Shown: piece by piece, positions 61,496 through 64,000 of the stretch
Layout: each line of letters starts with the position of its first letter
Numbering within the stretch: the first letter of the stretch is position 1
DNA from: an uncultured virus (IMG/VR IMGVR_UViG_3300011339_000925)
Taxonomy: Duplodnaviria; Heunggongvirae; Uroviricota; Caudoviricetes
IMG/VR virus record: IMGVR_UViG_3300011339_000925
Direction: 5' to 3' (one strand)
Length of the DNA stretch: 64,000 nt
Position numbers and translations under genes: made by a program
Notes under the pieces: generated by a model
The model's input: only the letters and a program-made list of their open reading frames with translations
Told to the model about the DNA's origin: nothing
Database searches by the model: none

Positions 61496-62037
61496 TACAC
61501 AAAGTTAGCAATTTTTTTGACTATAGATTTTAATGTAGATGCGTAATTAGGGTCAGTAGCATAACCTGCTAAAGCTATTTCATCTATAAATTTGTAAGGA
61601 TTATTTTTAACTAATAGAGCTTTAGCGTATCTTTTATTTTTAATAAAGAAATTAGCATGGTCTACAAAACAATCTTTAGGAGTATCGTATTTTCTAAAGT
61701 AATCTTGACCTGTATATTTAAAAAACTTTTGACCTTTAATTAATACAGGTTCTATTCTTGCTATATTAACTAACCCTATTTGCTTAGGAGTTAAATTATT
61801 TTTTCTACTATACTCAGTAGTAGTAATTAATTGCTCATTACCATTAACTCCATCAGTATCTTTTATACCAAAAAACATCCACCCAGGTGATTTACTATTC
61901 CAACCAGATTCTAAAGCTGCTTGAGCAAGTATTGCTAATGAAGAAATACCTGTTTCTTTTTCACATCCTAAAGCAAAAGGATATAATTGTTTAGTAAATG
62001 CTTCAGCAGTTAATTTTGTAGATTGTTTTAAGCTCAT
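61495..62037 (-). CDS. Endolysin, GH73 glucosaminidase/FlgJ-like
   Basis: LAQAALESGW, FFGIK, FRKY, GYATDPNY. Confidence 0.9.
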   Translation of the reverse strand: MSLKQSTKLTAEAFTKQLYPFALGCEKETGISSLAILAQAALESGWNSKSPGWMFFGIKDTDGVNGNEQLITTTEYSRKNNLTPKQIGLVNIARIEPVLIKGQKFFKYTGQDYFRKYDTPKDCFVDHANFFIKNKRYAKALLVKNNPYKFIDEIALAGYATDPNYASTLKSIVKKIANFV

Positions 62038-62375
62038 TATTTTTTATGTGTTATAGTATCTTCACCATCTGTATTTAATATAAACTGCGCCATATCTGTA
62101 TCTATACCTTGTTTATGACAAACTTGAAATAATAACATTAATACAATAGATGTTTTAGCATCATAAGCAGATTTAAAAGTACCAAAAGATGTTTTTAAAC
62201 TATGAACATTATCTTCTACACTTTTAATTTTTAAAGACAAGTCTTTAATTTCTTTTTCGTGATCGTCCACTTTAGTATTTTTATTTTTATTAGCTTGAAT
62301 ATACATTCCTGTCATAAAAACAATTTGCAGTAATCCAAACATTATAACAACCCATTCTGCTACATTTCCAAACAT
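62037..62375 (-). CDS. Membrane protein with coiled coil (holin/antiholin-like)
   Basis: N-terminal TM segment, upstream of the endolysin. Confidence 0.5.
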   Translation of the reverse strand: MFGNVAEWVVIMFGLLQIVFMTGMYIQANKNKNTKVDDHEKEIKDLSLKIKSVEDNVHSLKTSFGTFKSAYDAKTSIVLMLLFQVCHKQGIDTDMAQFILNTDGEDTITHKK

Positions 62376-62482
62376 TATATATATTTTTTAAGTAAGTTTT
62401 AGTATTATTTAGTAAAAATACAAAACTATTCATGAACTTAAAATTGTAGTTTATTCTTTATATATTATATATGTTTAGTAAA

Positions 62483-64000
62483 TTAATCTAGTTCAGTAAA
62501 TTTTGTTAATGTTTTTTTCACACCAGAATAGAACGGAATTAATGGTTCTATTTTAGCACCTATTTTTAATCTTTCTCTTTTAGTATCTTCATACAAATAT
62601 GGATTTCCTATTGCTGTTTCACCTGCAGCTTTTATTAATTCTAATCCTTGTTTAATAGTAGATATAGAAGCCATAGGAGATGAACCTAATAAATCAATAG
62701 TTGATTCAGGATTTACAAAGTAAGTTAAATCTCGATTAAACCTCCATGCAGAGTTAATAATAAAATCTGAACCTATTATATCATCCCATTCATCTTCATC
62801 ATCATCATATCCTGCTAATGCTTTTGCTAAAAAGTAAGTTAGTGTTAATGATGCAATTATTTTAAATTCTCTTAATGTTTTTCTAACATTCTCTTCATCT
62901 AATCCTTCTATATTAAATTCTTTTAATTTATCAGGATTAAAATGTGCTGTCCATAGTATTTGCAATCCTTTTTTAATTGAACTAGAATTTAAACTACCAT
63001 CAGACATAAATACACTACGAAAATATCCTTTATTAACTCCTAACTCTGATGTGTATTCTTTTGAAAATCTTCTTGTAATACCTTCAAATAACCATGATGC
63101 TTTAAATTGACCTAATAATCTACCATAAAAATTTTTATTTAAAGCTATTGGATCTCTTTTATTATCTCTAGCTAATAAAGTTCTAGATAAAGCATGTATT
63201 TCATTTATTACTTTATTACGAAATTCAGAACCAATTTCAAAAGATTCAGTAAAATCACCATCTAAATATGCTGCTCCATTTTCATCAAATTTAATTGCAT
63301 CAAGTAAAGAATAAAGATTACCAGAAGAATCTGGTATTTTAATAGCATTTAATCTTGCAAATAATAAAGAACCTTTTGATATTTTTTCAGATTGCTTAAA
63401 AAACCAAAAAGCTGTATCAGTCCATTTTCCTTTAGGAGTATCATAACCAAAATTACTTAACAATGGAAAATTATTATACCATTTTTCTAATTCGTCAGGA
63501 TTTTTTAATAACTGATATGTTTTTAAAAACCCTAATTTTAAATCACTATCTGTAAAAAATTTACCACCTGCAGCTTCTACATACATAGAAGAAAAAGATT
63601 GAAATAATTCTGCTACTCCTGAAAAAAAATTAAACCCTAATGATTTAATTGCTGTGTAGTTTATTAAATTATTAGTTAATTTTTTACCAGTAACTACTCT
63701 ACCAGAATCATTTCTTTGTTTTTCTATTGCTTTAAATTCTTCTTCTGTAATTAAGTTTTTTTCTAAATTTTCTTTTGCTTGTTGATAATTTTTTTCTAAT
63801 TCAGGGTCATATAACATTTTTGAAAAAACACCATCTTTATCCTGTCTTTTATCATACATGTGTGCTTCAACAAAATACTTTAATTGTTCAAAAGAATTAT
63901 TTTGTAAAGGAGTTGCTAATTGAGGTTTACCATCTTTAAACTGTATGTTTCCATTAACTACTCTATACTCAGGTTGAGCTTTTACAACATTCATTAATAT
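62483..64000 (-). CDS. C-terminal part of a very large virion (cargo) protein, extends beyond the window
   Basis: Frame open to the right edge; helical, GRLLGQFKASW...RRF, GYFRS, DDDEDE motifs. Confidence 0.65.
   Translation of the reverse strand: MLMNVVKAQPEYRVVNGNIQFKDGKPQLATPLQNNSFEQLKYFVEAHMYDKRQDKDGVFSKMLYDPELEKNYQQAKENLEKNLITEEEFKAIEKQRNDSGRVVTGKKLTNNLINYTAIKSLGFNFFSGVAELFQSFSSMYVEAAGGKFFTDSDLKLGFLKTYQLLKNPDELEKWYNNFPLLSNFGYDTPKGKWTDTAFWFFKQSEKISKGSLLFARLNAIKIPDSSGNLYSLLDAIKFDENGAAYLDGDFTESFEIGSEFRNKVINEIHALSRTLLARDNKRDPIALNKNFYGRLLGQFKASWLFEGITRRFSKEYTSELGVNKGYFRSVFMSDGSLNSSSIKKGLQILWTAHFNPDKLKEFNIEGLDEENVRKTLREFKIIASLTLTYFLAKALAGYDDDEDEWDDIIGSDFIINSAWRFNRDLTYFVNPESTIDLLGSSPMASISTIKQGLELIKAAGETAIGNPYLYEDTKRERLKIGAKIEPLIPFYSGVKKTLTKFTELD

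Noticed and set aside
1..64000. Stop-codon reassignment (known in some crAss-like phages)
   Set aside because: Core genes are full length in the standard code, TAG and TGA end genes normally, and the only breaks are explained by introns

Overview
AT-rich segment of a crAss-like (Crassvirales) phage genome. The likely host is Bacteroidota, inferred from TAnnTTTG promoter boxes. Standard genetic code. Layout: (1) minus-strand virion module, 1-23.6 kb: cargo proteins, muzzle/ring proteins, MCP, scaffold, portal, TerL/TerS, ferritin-like protein, GroES, HU-like proteins. (2) Divergent plus-strand early/replication arm, 23.7-53.4 kb: many small ORFs, SplB-like radical SAM, ThyX, PolA, SF2 helicase, DnaB, AAA/Sak4-like ATPase, SSB, primase, peptidase, nucleases. 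(3) Convergent minus-strand tail/lysis module, 53.5-64 kb. PolA and the AAA ATPase are each split by a group I intron carrying a LAGLIDADG ORF; both splice junctions can be reconstructed by hand. The most unusual content is non-coding, at the start of the early arm: four covarying copies of a small H-type pseudoknot (three in tandem), a twister ribozyme with a large P5 insertion, further structured RNAs, two tRNA-Leu-like shells without a canonical anticodon arm, and an attC-like palindrome bordering an apparent gene cassette. All calls are by-eye motif recognition; no database searches were run.
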